Positions 1-13,664 of a stretch of 64,000 nucleotides of DNA are shown here, piece after piece. The number at the start of each line of letters is the position of its first letter. The first letter of the stretch is position 1. Source of the stretch: Squalus acanthias (taxonomy: Eukaryota). The stretch covers positions 24,800,001 through 24,864,000 of the forward strand of contig CM059429.1 of the NCBI GenBank assembly GCA_030390025.1, in the 5' to 3' direction. The notes beneath the pieces are model-generated. The model had not been told where the DNA came from, searched no databases, and saw only the letters and a list, made by a program, of their open reading frames with translations. The position numbers were made by a program, and so were the translations under genes.

Positions 1-213
1 CATTGGTGGTACCTCTCCAGTGCTTTGAGGTGCCTGCTGTACATGGTCCATGTCTCTGAGGCATACAGCAGGGCGGGTATCACTGCTGCTCTGTAGGCCA
101 TGAGCTTAGTGCCGTGTTTGAGGTCCTGGTCTTCAAACACTCTCTTCCTCAGGTGACCGAAGGCTGCACTGGCACACTGAAGGCGGTGTTGGACTTCGTC
201 ATCGACGTCTGCC
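1..213 (-). mobile_element. RTE-clade non-LTR retrotransposon fragment (region C-terminal to RT), truncated by the window edge
   Basis: Minus strand translates as ADVDDEVQHRLQCASAAFGHLRKRVFEDQDLKHGTKLMAYRAAVIPALLYASETWTMYSRHLKALERYHQ; the LLYxSETW motif is typical of RTE/BovB-like elements. Confidence 0.85.
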
Positions 214-1080
214 CATTCGGACCATCGTGCCAGTGCCAGTTCGTTAAAGAGCTATACAATTAGTCCCACACCCTTGCTCCTTCTCTATAGCCCTACAATT
301 ATTTCCCCTTCATGTATTGAAAGTTATTATTGAAACTGCTTCCACCACCCTTTCAGGCAGTGCATTCCAGATCATAACACCTCACTGCTCATTTCTCCTC
401 ATCTCCCCCCTGGCTCTTTTGCTAATTTTTTTTAATTCATTCATGGGATGTGGGTGTCGCTGCAAGGCCAGCATTTATTGACCATCCCTAATTTCCCTCG
501 AGAAGGTGGTGGTGAGCCGCCTCTTGAACCGCTGCAGTCCGTGTGGTGAAGGTACTCCCACAGTGCTGTTAGGGAGGGAGTCCCGGGATTTTGACCCAGT
601 GACGATGAAGGAACGACGATATATTTCCAAGTCAGGATGGTGTGTGACTTGGAGGTGGTGGTGTTCCCATGTGCCTGCTGCCCTTGTCCTTCTAGGTGGT
701 AGAGGTCATGGGTTTGGGAGGTGCTGTCGAAGAATCCTTGGCTTGTTACCTTAAATCAGTGTCTTCTGGTGACTGACCCTCCTGCCAGTGGAAACAGTTT
801 TTCCCTATCCACTCTATCAAAACCACTCCATTATTTTAAACACCACTAATAAATCTCCCCTTAACCTTTTTGCTCTAAGGAGAACAATCCCAGCTTTTCT
901 AGTCTCTCCACATCACTGAAGTACCTCATCCCTGGTACAATTCTAGTAAATCTGTTTTGCACTCTTTCCTTAAAGCCTTCACATCCTTTCTAAAGTGTGG
1001 TGCCCAGAATTGGACACAATACTCCAGCTGAGGCCTAACCAGTGATTTATAAAGGTTTGGCATAACTTCCTTGCTTTTGT
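214..1080 (-). mobile_element. CR1 LINE 3' portion, interrupted by a second LINE at about 426-742
   Basis: Collinear with the CR1 at 32841-33430 (e.g. tccaccaccctttcaggcagtgcattccagatc; aagtgtggtgcccagaattggacaca). Confidence 0.85.
426..742 (-). mobile_element. 3' end of a CR1-group LINE (same family as 57996-58562), nested in the CR1
   Basis: Reverse complement of about 58240-58560 (gcaaggccagcatttattg...gaaggtactcccacagtgctgttagggagggag); T-run at 426-433 is the poly(A) tail. Confidence 0.85.
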
Positions 1081-1122
1081 AATATATTTATAAAGTCATG
1101 GATCCCATGTGTTATTTTAACA

Positions 1123-1127
<5 letters not shown>

Positions 1128-1153
<26 letters not shown>
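1128..1153. repeat. (TA)n microsatellite
   Basis: Direct inspection. Confidence 0.95.
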
Positions 1154-1199
1154 CCCATATGCTTTTGTAATGTATATAATACAAACTTGATCACTTATT

Positions 1200-1330
1200 G
1201 AAGCAGAGGCAAAGAGACAGCTAGGGGAGAAAGTAGGGCAGTAAGGTTAGTTTTGGATTGCTCTAGCAAACAGTGGGCACAGACACAAATGGGCTAAATG
1301 GCCTCCTGTGCTGTAAATGTCTATGGTTCA
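1200..1330 (+). mobile_element. Degenerate CR1-type 3' tail
   Basis: ggcacagacacaaatgggctaaatggcctcctgtgctgtaa matches the CR1 3' end seen at 16047-16090 and 26603-26645. Confidence 0.7.
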
Positions 1331-2059
1331 TTATTTTCCATCAATGAATTTTGCAGTTATAGAGTTTTTATCCACCTGTGAAGGGTACAATTTTTTATAT
1401 TACTGCTTCTAACTATCACAGTTGTGACTCAACTAATCAGGGAGAAATTCCATAGGGTTTTCTCTCTTTAAAGTTTTACCTGAGGTTACTTTGTATCCTT
1501 AGGAAATGAAATAAATTTGAGAGAGTTCATGGGCAAGTTTGATGGGATCAATGGTCTTTTCTCTTGACTTTTATTTCTAATGGCTATTGAGTTTTGTCAT
1601 GTAGTATTACTTTGGTAAAAAAAAAAATTAAATTGACATTAGATTGAGAGAAATTGTATTGGGTGAAAACGTAAAAGTTAAGTGTTTTGCTGAGTAATAC
1701 AATCTAAAATAACAGGAGAGGACTATTATGAGAAAGTTTGTGAAATAATATACACTCTTTTACTGAAATGTAACATTCTTTTATCTGTTACTGGAATGTA
1801 ACATGTATGCATCTCTTACATGTTTAGATTCTGTCACTGTGTTGTAATGAATACAGTTTGTGATATTTTCCTGTGACATGCAGTAAGGTCATTCCTAAAA
1901 TCACTATTGGTCAAATATTTTGGTACAATGTCACTTCTAGTTCAAGTCATGAGATTAGGTTGCGGGAGCCATCTGTTTATCACCGTCCACCAGGACATCA
2001 CCACCTCCCCCCAACTGACAAACTGAGTAAAAGAAAACAACATGTATTGTTAAGTGCTC

Positions 2060-2300
2060 TTGTCGTAGCTGAGTTAGCTGATTTCAACTGTGGCAATAGT
2101 AGGTGTGCTAGCTCCTCTGGGCTAGGGAGGCAGAGATCAGCCAGGGTTCCTGCTGTTAAGTGCACACATTTGGACATCAAGGGACAACAGAAGTGGGCCT
2201 TGCTGTGATGACGAAACACTGAAAAATCCTGCTGACACTCACTCTCTAGGCACACACATGAAGAGCAGCCACTTGAGCGAAGTACTGGAGGACTACCGGC
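2060..2300 (+). mobile_element. Old SINE-like repeat (family also at 15730-16315 and 62340-62658)
   Basis: Shared blocks gctgagttagctgat, agggagg...cagccagggttcc and cctgctgacact...atgaaga.cagc.act recur in reverse orientation at the other two loci. Confidence 0.6.
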
Positions 2301-2532
2301 AGCTTTGGAGCTGTTATATAACTTATGCCGGCAGATTCAGCAGAGAAAAATAGGGGGAAAATCTACATATTTTATACTAATTAGTACACTCTGGACTGTT
2401 CTCTCGGTTAGGAAGATATCTCATAACTGAGGTCACTTTGATAAATTGCACATTTTACTAACCTTTGCAGTTTATGATGTAACGTTACTCAACAGTTTTT
2501 ACAGTGCAGCCTATTTTCCTCTATATAATGCT

Positions 2533-2534
<2 letters not shown>

Positions 2535-2562
<28 letters not shown>
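2535..2562. repeat. (TA)n microsatellite
   Basis: Direct inspection. Confidence 0.95.
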
Positions 2563-2565
<3 letters not shown>

Positions 2566-2793
2566 TGTAATAATATACTCTGTTTCTGGGTAATTAGACT
2601 CCATTCTGTGGCTCTGGATTTTCAATTTTATGCATATATTATATAATGCATTCAATTCTGCAGAGGTTAATGCGCATGTGTGTCATTATATAATAATAAA
2701 CTCTGTTACCGAGATAATGACTCTTGTATACATATTGTGTGTTTTTGAGTATCAGACTCGGATATGCTCAATTTCCCATAGAGATCACACAAT

Positions 2794-3450
2794 GGGCCAG
2801 ATTTTCCTGTCAAAATAACAGTAAGGCCAATGGGACTCGCTGTTATTTATGCGCAAATGATACAGCAACTTCAGGCGAGGAGCAGATGCGCGGTTAAAAT
2901 CAAATATCCAAAAGCTGCTGTCTAAGTTGCGCTGCTCCGCCATTAGCTTCATGAAAATGGCATCTCGCTTTCTGCCTCACCATTGAAATGCATTGAATGG
3001 TTGCGCAGCAGATATGAACTAAACTCGCCACAGAGAGCTAAGTCTTGTCCATTCCAGTCTAAGTATCCTTTTAACAATGTAGTAAGTGTTAATTACTGCC
3101 AAACAACCTCTCTGACACTGAAAATTAACTATTACAAGTGTAGAGTATTATTCCTTCAGGTTTTAATTGTTATTGGAGATTTGGAAAATGTAACATTTTA
3201 AATTTTTAACTTTTTTAACCTTTTCCTTTCTGTCTCTTTTTTCTCTCTTAATCCAATCTTTCTTTCCCTCTCTTTATTTCTCTTTCTGTACCTGATTTGA
3301 CATTAAATCCACCACTCTAATTTACACTTCCTTGGAGTTTGCACTTTCAGGAACTTGCCACGCAAAAAATTAAAAAAACCTAAATGTGCAAGGGCAAGTC
3401 TAACTAACGGCAGGCGCTGTTAGATGTCCTGCTACAGCAAAATCTGGACC
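2794..3450. mobile_element. Non-autonomous DNA transposon, PIF/Harbinger-like
   Basis: TIRs gggccagattttcctgt / acagcaaaatctggacc, flanked by AAT on both sides (2791-2793, 3451-3453), consistent with a 3-bp TSD. Confidence 0.75.
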
Positions 3451-4795
3451 AATATCTAACACCCACATTAAATGCTGCACACTTTTTTTCTTGTTACCAA
3501 CATGACTGGGGCTCACTCTGTAGTCCACACCATCACTGTCTCATGAATATACTTATTTGAACTGGCATGCTTCATTCTGTTCTTATAAAACTGTGTTAAT
3601 GTATTAACCCTTCCTATGCTGTGGATGAGTTTGTTTGTCCCAACACACTAACATGATTGGGATGGTGAACATGATAGCTTTTCTTGTAGTAGCTATTCTC
3701 TATTTGATATTTAAAACATCAAAGATTGATAAACCATATCAATCTTTAAGATTTTGGCACTCAATGGGCTGAAAAAATTGCCTTAATAGTAAGTTTACAG
3801 CCGATAGCAGACCAGTTTTTTCCAACGATGCTCTCAATAACAAATCTAACTGTTATAAATTTGATATTTTAAAGACAAAAATGAAAAGGTAATAAAGCTG
3901 CTTCTCAAATGAAAGAAAATGTATTACTGTAATAGGATTTGTTTCAGCACAACAGGGTATGAGTAGATCATTTTTAATATTGCCCAGTATTGCAAAATTG
4001 AAGTGCAATGTGCAGTCAACAGACTTGAATCATACTGCCAACTATGGGTTGCATGAAGGCCAGCCACAAAGGAGCTCTGTGCATGCATCTGTCAGCTACC
4101 TGGCTGGCTAATTTTAGATGTTATGAGAGTGCTTGTTAAAAAAGATAGAAAAGTAAGTTATAAAGTGGGCAACAGATCATTTAAACTGAAGGTATACTGT
4201 ACTGGGTGAAGTCAAACAGGCGTGAGATGATCACCTGGTGAGGGGTTGGGAGGCCCCCTCACCTCCACCTCCCAGCTTTGGTTTGTCAGATCAAGGCCTG
4301 ACTCCTGAGATACTGTTCCACTTCCATGTTGATGCATGGCCAAACCCCATTTCACATTGTCAGAAAAGTGGTTAAATAATTGCATCTTAAGGAGTAATGT
4401 ATAAAATGAATCCCACCCTGGGAAATATTGAGTTGCACTTTATTGAATGTTTTAACATTGCTTGCTAGCAATAATGCGATTCTCTGTGCCAGATTAAAGT
4501 GATTTATACCAGGATTACCTGGATAAAGATGACGCCCTTTTGAATCTAATACCTCGCATTTTTGTTAATTATTTTGCACTCATTCATTCGGATATTGCAA
4601 GGATTCCAGCTCATCTGTATCTCATTGGCTGGAATCTTAAAAACCTTTATTGGGGATGAAGATGTCTTCAGCTTGAAATAGAATGAATTGCTGGACTGAA
4701 TCATGGGGTTAAAGGGAAGTTTTATCAACACACTTCAATAAAATAACAAGTAAGCACTTAAGGAGGCCACATTTTCACATCCCCATGGCTGGGCC

Positions 4796-4831
4796 TATTA
4801 AATAGCCCGGGCATATTAAATAGCCCGGGCA
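4796..4831. repeat. Perfect 18-bp tandem duplication (tattaaatagcccgggca x2)
   Basis: Direct inspection; probably inside a decayed MITE. Confidence 0.9.
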
Positions 4832-5056
4832 CGGCTAATAGAGGAAAATTGGGCAGGGCGTTTAAGGAGCCCAAGTGAGTTTCCTCTGTGACTGCGCCCA
4901 GGCACAAGACCAGGACAGTCTGCAGTTATACTGAGAGGTAGAGCTCGAGTGAGGGCTAGCTGGCTTTCTGAACTATATTGTCAAGCGTGTGTTGCTGGGA
5001 GTCTCAATGAGCTCTGTCCTTATCTGGTCAGACGTATGTGAAGACCTCTCCATGGT

Positions 5057-5161
5057 AGGAAAGAAAGACTTTGCATTGCCTTTCACGACCTCGGGACGTC
5101 TCAAAGCGCTTTGCTGCCAATGAAGTACTTTTTGAAGTGTAGTCACTGTTGTAATGTAGGA
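5057..5161 (-). mobile_element. 3' tail fragment of the Deu-domain SINE
   Basis: Reverse complement of about 30530-30640 (tcctacattacaacagtgactacacttcaaaaagtacttcattggc...aaagcgctttg.gacgtcc.gaggtcgtgaaagg). Confidence 0.85.
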
Positions 5162-8100
5162 GAGTGGAGGCTGGAGTGTTCCACGGTAAAAGAAATGATA
5201 ACCTTTCTCAAAGTTTATGGTGGGTCGGTGTAATGGAATATTCGGCCATGGGAGTTTTGCTGCACCTGGTACAAACCCAACCCTGTACGGGAGGAAGTCT
5301 TGGGGGGACCTCGAAGTCTTCGAGCTGCAATCTTCGAGTTTTATCTTGGGTGTCAGATCGGAACACCGGCTTGGTGCCAATGCGACAGCAGCCGTATAAC
5401 TGCGCTCCAAAAGTAACTTCTACATGATTGCACCAACAGTCAGAGCTGGGAGCCCCGCTCCTTCCCGAGTCCAGGCTGGATCTGAACCCAGATGGCCCTG
5501 TTCTAACCTCGCAGTGCGTTTGTAATATTGAGCTAAATTATCGAGGTATAAAAGCACCACCCGCAGGGCTGTGCAGGAGGAAAGGTTTTCGTAATTATTT
5601 TCTTCACGTGTAATAGATCGAAACCAGCGCTAAGCGACACAGGACCACAAACGGCATTTTTTAAAGCGGGGCTTTCAAAGAATTACATTTGAAGGAATAG
5701 AAAAACAAAATGTATCAATGTGACTGCAGCCGTCCACGGGAGAATAATGACATTTCCGAATGATTTGTTCACTTTTAATACTGTTTCCCGAAAGTTTTCT
5801 GGTCCCTAGAAGCCCGGGGTCTGTAAGTGTATGAATCCTCACCAACCTACTTCATCACTGAGCTTTAAATCGTGAAAGTAAAAAGGGCAGGCGTTGTACT
5901 GTGATTTGTGTATCCCCCTCTCTTCCCCAGTTAAGAATGCCTGCCTTGAATAATATAATGATAGATGTTAAATATTCATTGGATAACGAAACGGGAGGGG
6001 GAAAGGAAGTTAATGTGAAAAACCCACATCAAATATAAATACGATGACCTGACAATCTAAGCGTTGCTAATGACATTAAAAATCTGTCAGACTCTAGTGT
6101 GCTGACACTGGAGAGGTTGTTCTCTAGAGTTTTGAAGTGAGCTCTCTCGCTGCACAACACAATGTTCTATTAGTGCGTCTCCGGTGTAAAATAATAAAGC
6201 TTTCTGCTTCATTAAAGGAGAAGAGAGGGACTACTATGCGCCTGCTAAAGGACAGTCCCCCCGTCCTGGTTTCCTGTTTACAGTATACCATAAGAACGAG
6301 GCAGAATAATCGGTGCTAATTCTAAAAAACACACCATTCAGTCCCTCAAAGGCATGGAATTTGTAGTAAATCAGCCCTGCAGCAACACTGGCAAGCAGAG
6401 CTGACCCCAACAAATGAAAATAATCAAAAGTAATTAGAAGCGTGCTGGACTGCTCCTCAGAGATCTGTGCTGGAGAATAAACATGCCTTAGTGTGCAGAA
6501 ACTCTGCAAAGACCTATGTCTGAGCTGTTAGGTGCCCTGACCTTGTCCATATAAAGATGTGATTTATGAAGTGCAGGGCATAGCGGCAAGGCTTCTGTCT
6601 TTTTCAAGAAAACTGTTTTACTGTGGCGGAATGTAACAGTCTCTCAGCTCCGTGCCTCTGCCCAGGAGAGTGCCTGTGGCATATCCCCACTGTAACCCTC
6701 TCTGGCAAAAAAACCCCCCACACTTTTAGAAAAATCACTTTTATTTAGGTTCCTGGACTATTGCTACTCAAGTGAAAATGTATGAGGAGTTTGAATAGCT
6801 CGTCCTATATTATACATAAGTCGATTTGCTTGTCTAAATTAACCTCTGGTTAAATCTTGAGTCTTCTAAAAAGGTGGATGTCGAAAGATATTTCCTGAAA
6901 AGTCAATGTTGTAAATGACTTATTCAATATGTTACCAAATTAATACAATTGAAAAAGATTTAACAAAATCTCAAAAACTATTCAGAAAAGATAACTCATT
7001 TCAACATGCCATTACCCTGTAGTTGGAGCCTGTTTCTTTCCCCTCAATTTCTGGGTCTATTTTATTGGTTCCTGTGACATCTCATTTAGCAATTTCTGTA
7101 AAAGTAACGGTCCTTTTTTTAAAAAAAAAAGTTAAATAAGAAGGAAAGGGCTCTGGCGATGTTTGACTAATTACAAGCTGAAGCTTTCTTAAAGGCACAT
7201 AATTGGTTGTGTCGACTGCCTTACCTAGCCTGTGACTCCAATCCAGTAAATAGGTAAATTTCTCAAAACAGTTTAAAATGTTGCTCCTTTATTTCCCCAA
7301 AATATGGTAAAGTCACACACACAAATACATTATATTTGAATTTGTACATAGTAACTGGATCAAATAAAATAGGCCGGATATTCTATGTGAAAGGATTGAA
7401 TTACTACAGACTCGACAGTCTACTTTTATTAGATAAAATAAGCTGTCCGTTTAACATATTATACACAGGCTCCAGTCAACAGGCCCCTCCCCAGAAGAAC
7501 CTCCAGATGACTACAGAATGTATGAAGCGGAGAATCGCGGCTGATAATATATAAGAAATAAAACAAGTTCTTAATGATGTGCTGGAATGCACCCTGGGCA
7601 CCGGGAAGCCATTAGCACAGCACATGTGAGAGGGTTTTGACCACCGCAAGACCTCCTGTTTTACTTCTGGTTAGTCTGTGAAAGTAACCCTTAAAAAAGG
7701 TGTCCATTTACATCCTTGTGGGAGTATCTATCTTACCGTAATACTAACTCCTTAATACTTTGAGTAATAGATTGACTCCTTTTAAGATAAACACGTCTTT
7801 CACTCGGCTACAATCAAAAAGTAATGAGCTGAACAAAACAATCTTGAGGAAACACAACTGACTTTTGTTTCCAATGTGAGTGTCGCTTCCTTGGATGAAC
7901 CGTTGTAGAACTCGGCAAACGTGCAGCTCTGTGGTTTTGAGTTGTTTCGTGTTGTCAGCTATCACATTACTTCCAATTTCCACAACCAGAATAATCATTC
8001 TTTGTAAAGTTATGATTATTTTATTGACCAACTTATATACTTTGGGGGTACAGGATAAATCCTATTGCTTTTTCAGTAGCAATTTTAAATTAAAGATGGA

Positions 8101-11100
8101 ACCGAAAAATCGTTCTTTACCTTAAAATCCTTGAGGTGAAACGTTGGGAAAGGTGCCCAGAATTCAGTATCTAATTGAACTCCACGTTCTTCAGATGAAT
8201 ACAGATCTTCTGAGCATAATTAGATCTTTAACATCTGTCACGAATCGTTAAGTGTGAAATGTTTGAATGTTAGTATATATAGGTAGTATTCTTTCAAACA
8301 GTGCTTAAAATTTGGCGACTGTTTGTGCTACTTCTCAGTGGGTTGCTGGCCTTTGTTGTTGGGGAAACTAGTTTAACTCGTTGGTCTAAAGTGCTAAGTG
8401 TAAATACCAGATCCTGTGTTTTCCAGGTGTTAACAGGCTGGGACTCTGTAAATTGGTCCCAATCATTCAATTCGGAATCAGCGATTGTTTATATGAATCT
8501 CATGATGTGTAACGTCAGACACATATGTGGTTTCATTGTGGCTGTGTGTCAAAATTGGTAAACTGATCTGCAGGAAAGATGCTGTCGACTGTCCAAAAGC
8601 AATGGAGTGTTATTCCATTGTATTGTTATTTGGCAATAATCTTTAAAATTCATCTACTTTTCCTCTTCAGTGAAAGTAAGTGGATGAAAGTAGAGGCCAC
8701 CTGCAGATTTTGCAGTCCTTGCTGCATTCTGAAGACTGTTCAGATAAAGGAGCGAGCTCTATAAGGCGTGAGATTTCACATGGAATCTCCACCCGAAGGA
8801 TGGAGCTTGAGATACAGAACCAGGATTGAGATAGATACCTTTGGTTACCAAGGGCAGGGCGTGACTGGGACTGGAAGCATGCACTGTGTGTTTTCGCTCG
8901 TGGTTTATCTGTTTCATTCCAAGAGACAGTATTAACTGCTGGAGAAGGGTTGATGAGAGCTGTGATGAAATTTATGTTACAAATCCTAGTTGTCTTGTCT
9001 CTTTTAACATTTATCTGATTCACCATATTTTGTAACTTAATTGATCAGTTGTGTCTGATATGTATGCAGATTTCTAAACGTTTTTTTTCAGTTGGAAAAT
9101 GGAAATAGATTTGATTAGTTGTTTAGCCTGTTAGATCTCCGGACTGTGTGTAAATTTCTATTTGTGAGTGTAAGGACACGGGCAACACCTGAAATACCAC
9201 AATTGGGATAGTTGTTAATTCTACAAGGGCAGAAAGCAAGACGAGACAGATCTCAGGTGTGTACGGGTTGAACAAGAACACAATACAAAGGAACCTGAAA
9301 CGGTAACAGTACCCCTCAGCCCAGCACTTCTGAAAGTCCCACCTGCATCTAATTTACATAAAAGTAATTCTCCTGATTAGAGCATATGGGCTGAGGTTTC
9401 CAGTAAAAATTATAAACCACCCAACCCTCTCCCTTTCATGATAGTAGTCATTTTGACCAGCCCTGTACCTCCAGTTCAACACTCTACGACCATCATATCA
9501 ATAACTATATTCAAGGAAAATAGGTTTCAGGAATGCTTCCTCTTTAACGCCGTCTAGGGACACCGTAGGCTGAGTAATATCGCGGGCTCTAAGTGGCACT
9601 GTTTTCCTTAGCTGGATGTTCATCGTACAGTTGGTATCGCGGCACTCTAACAGGAAGCTTGTGGAAAAGGCTGATGCCACACACACTAGTTTAGCAATTT
9701 TTATTTAAGAGATCTGGATTTCTCTCTCCCCGTTTCCTATACACATTAGATTTTTTTTAAACGCGCTTTAATGAGGAATTTCTATTTAGTTAAACGTGCT
9801 TTGCATTTCTCAGCAAGCTAGAATGTTTTACCTAATCTTAGTAAAATGAGGCATAGATTGATTCCGTACCTGGTGTTGTGATTACTAATGAATATTGAAT
9901 ATCTAATATCTCAATGCTGATGCGTTCACTGGAAGTTGAACTAACGTCTCCCTGTGTTTAAATGGACATGTGAACGTCGGATGCCGCTGGTATGTCCAGG
10001 CCCCTAGTTTCCTTTTCCAATCTAAAAGCCCTGACTGGAAAGTTCCCGGACTTGAGCCAGGAACCTGGATCCATGTCCGACCCAGCTAAACGCCTGAGCA
10101 GGTAACCGAGATAAAGTGCCGAATCCCAGATATGTACAAAGACTGGGGACCGGCAAGATTAGCAAAGTCAAAAAAATATATTTAAAAAAAAAATAAGTCT
10201 CCCCACGTGGAACAATAAAGAGATCGCGGGTACAAACCTCCAGGCGGCTAGCTCCGTCTCCAATCCCCTTTTGAGGTCAGAACAACCGATCAGCGAAACT
10301 TGTCTCTCTCTACGTTTTCACACTGACCGCGGGAGGTGGAACCGGGATCACGGCAGGGGTGTGGGGAGGACAAAGAATGATCAAAATAAATCCGAGAGAG
10401 ACAGAGACAGATCTTGATGGTACCTAAGCAAAGAAACTAAAGAATTACAATGAAATAACAAGTAATAGACACAAATAAAGGTTCCGGGAAAAGGCTTGCT
10501 ACAGTTTCGGGATTGCTTCCCCATTGACCACGCGTTCTGCCCCCAGTTCCTGAGCTCGGTGTGCCCTGTTTAATCAGAGAAGATGCCGTTTTAATGAAAC
10601 GAATGGAGCAAGTTGATGAAGTGTAACCGCGGAGAGCTCTGCTAATTGTGAGCGTGATTAATGGGAATCAAATTACACCGCCACAACCAGCAGGTCCATC
10701 AAATATCATGAAAAGAATCGCAAAACAAAGTCATTCCGACCAAACACAGGAGATCCAGTCCCAGTAATTGGAGGAATAATAGTCACCGTATTAGCTGATA
10801 ACAGACATCGGATCTATTCAGGCAAATGTAGCACATTCTGTGCAGAATCTAAAATCGATTGAATTGAATGTGATTCGCCTGATTTTTTTTGACAGACACA
10901 AATAAAAGAGATTGTGATGTTTACGAGGAAAGGTCTAACCCTGTTAAGTATGTTCCCCTTTGTGTGTACATCCTTTTACAGTCGGGTAGACCAACCCCAG
11001 CGCCTTCGGGAAGTGAGAGGGATTTTGAGAAATACACCCAGTTAACTTCGCGGAGATTGTTTTCTTTTGCCTTTATATCACTCGGTGTTTTTTCCTGAGT

Positions 11101-13664
11101 TACAATGGAATAGCCAGCAATCTTTTTCTTTTTTGGTGTGAAGTCGTTCTTTAAAAAAAAATCGCTCCGATTTCCCAGTTCAAATACATATTTTGAGACC
11201 CCTAATTGTATTCAAACTTATGTCTCCCAAATTAGTCAGTATATAATTCACCTTGTGTCTGCATGTAAACTTCGAGCAATTAATTGTACAGCAAGCAGCT
11301 TGGAATTCCCTCCACTCGCCCTGGAAAAGAGGAGACTGATTCCTCTTGACTGGAGCTCAGGGGTTGGAGTCCGATGCAGATTGTTTGATAAATTAAAACA
11401 ACTACATTTTTTTTTTAAAAGTAACTCTACCGCCGGTACACTTCGGATTCAGGAGAACTGGTAATGCCTGTACAGTCCGTCATAAATGGTATTTAATATA
11501 AAGTCTTTCTACTGAGGCAACAGATTCCCGGAGACTGGTGCGTGTCCCGCACCAACACATCCCATTAATTAAACTCTGTTACACATGTAAATAATTAGAA
11601 CAAAGACAGGATCATTATATAATGCTCATATCCACACTCCTGTATAGCGATAAATGAACATTCACACTGATGCAGGTATAATTGCACAGACACGCTTAAA
11701 TACAAACATCTGCACATCCGTGTGTACACACACAGAAAGACAGAACATATACATATATTATTTGTGATTCATAACAGTTTAATCTTTTTTTAAAAAACGA
11801 ATCAAATGATTGACCTTTACTCTGCCTTATTTGAAGCTTACCAAAGCAATTGGATTTTGGTTCTATTTTATTAATGAACTGAGTTCGCGTTAGGCAAATA
11901 TTATCAAACGGTTTGACCCCTCAAGATCTATTATCTAAGTTGAGACGGACTTTAATAGATGTCGTGGCTGTGACCCGTCAATAGCATTAAAACACAACTT
12001 CGGATTGGCAGGCGGCGGTCTGAATATTGAACAGGTCCCAGTCTCTCCACCACTCACTCGGACTTGTCTATTGTCACTATCGCTCTCCTGTGAAACTTTG
12101 CATTGTGAAGGACAACGTTTTTTTTTGGACCATTTTAAGATTTTTCTTGAAAATGTTTCTAAGACATCATACCAATGAGTGTTCGAATAGCAGGAGATCT
12201 TGTCAATTGTAACTGTTTTCTGTGAGGTTTACTGATGGGTGCAAGCTAAGATCTCCTTGAGCTGCAGGTCGGTGCTTTCCTCTACCTACTCTGTTTAACA
12301 ATTCACCTAGTGAAAAATAAACTTGCAGGAGCAAATCCGGAAAAGTTCTGGAAAAAGTGGCCCGGTTTCAGTTTTCAATCCCTTCTTAAGATTGAAATTA
12401 AACGTGGTAAATTATTAATTCATATCACCATCTATGCGTGAAATAAATATGGAAACAATGCTGTTGAAAGTCGGATGGGAGGACAAGATCAGTCCCACAA
12501 AGCCGGGTTAGAGTAATATTACAGATTCGGGTCAATGTACCCGCTTATCGGCAGCCTGCACTGTTCCCCAGCTCAGGTGGGTTCTCGACAGCAACCCTCC
12601 ATTTCGCTGAATCCAGCACATACATCAGAGTCGAAAGGAAGTGTCTAAAGATGGACTTTTACTTTTCAAACTACTACCTGCTGAGGAGAATTCAGAACAA
12701 TTGCGTTCCACTCGCACTCATACCTGAGACATGTCCAAACACACAACTGACACATCCACACACGGATACACAGATACACAGGGATACGCAGTCTCGCGTA
12801 AACTCTATACAAGTATGCACCTACAGCATGGGACTGTGCAAGACACATCCTATAATTGCATAGAACCACCCAGAAAGGCACATAACAGATATGTGGCGGT
12901 AAATACACCGCATGACTTAATTGTTTTACCATTTCCATTCCTTTCGCAGAAATAGATTAAAACCCAGCGTTAGGAAGGCGATTGTGATTTACTTTATGTT
13001 TCTGATCTACACTGAATCAAAGGAAGTAATGGATCTGATAAAGAGTCTTTAATAAGGTGTATTTTATTGTATTTTCAGCCCCAACCTTTCTGCTGCGCTG
13101 ACGGACGGGTAGTAATAATATTGACCAGAGTGTACACAGCTTCTCAACCCACCTCGTTAAAATCATCTCACCTTGCCAAAGTTTTATCTACATTACTGTT
13201 TGTAGTTCTGGTCGTCAATTACTGAAAGGACATTGCTACCTTTGAGAGGATAGACACAAAGACGTACAACTATCGTTTTTTTTTAACTGGCACTTATTTC
13301 AGATTCTGGGAAGCTGGCACCCGTGAGCCAGCTCCTGGCATTAACTGGAATAGATCCGCGAAAACAGGGGGGAGAACAGCTGGATTTAATAGTGTGAACA
13401 CAGGGAGACAACTCGTGGACACCAGTCTCCCTGAAATCGGTTAGTCCCCTGGAATCTGAATGTAACGAGTGCTAGGATAATTATTCCGTTTTTCATACGT
13501 TTAAATTGTGAGGAAAGGTTTAAAAAGTTGCGTGTATTTACTTCGGGGGAAGAGGGAACTTTGATGTAACCTAGTTTAAGGTTTTCAAGATTATGAAGGG
13601 AATTAATGTTCCAAATCGTTCCAGATAACGTGTTTGCTGATGATACCAGGGACACGTTAAAAAT

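Noticed and set aside
4790-4835. Tandem MEF2 sites (ctattaaatag)
   Set aside because: Spacing does not fit YTA(A/T)4TAR; more likely subterminal repeats of a decayed transposon.
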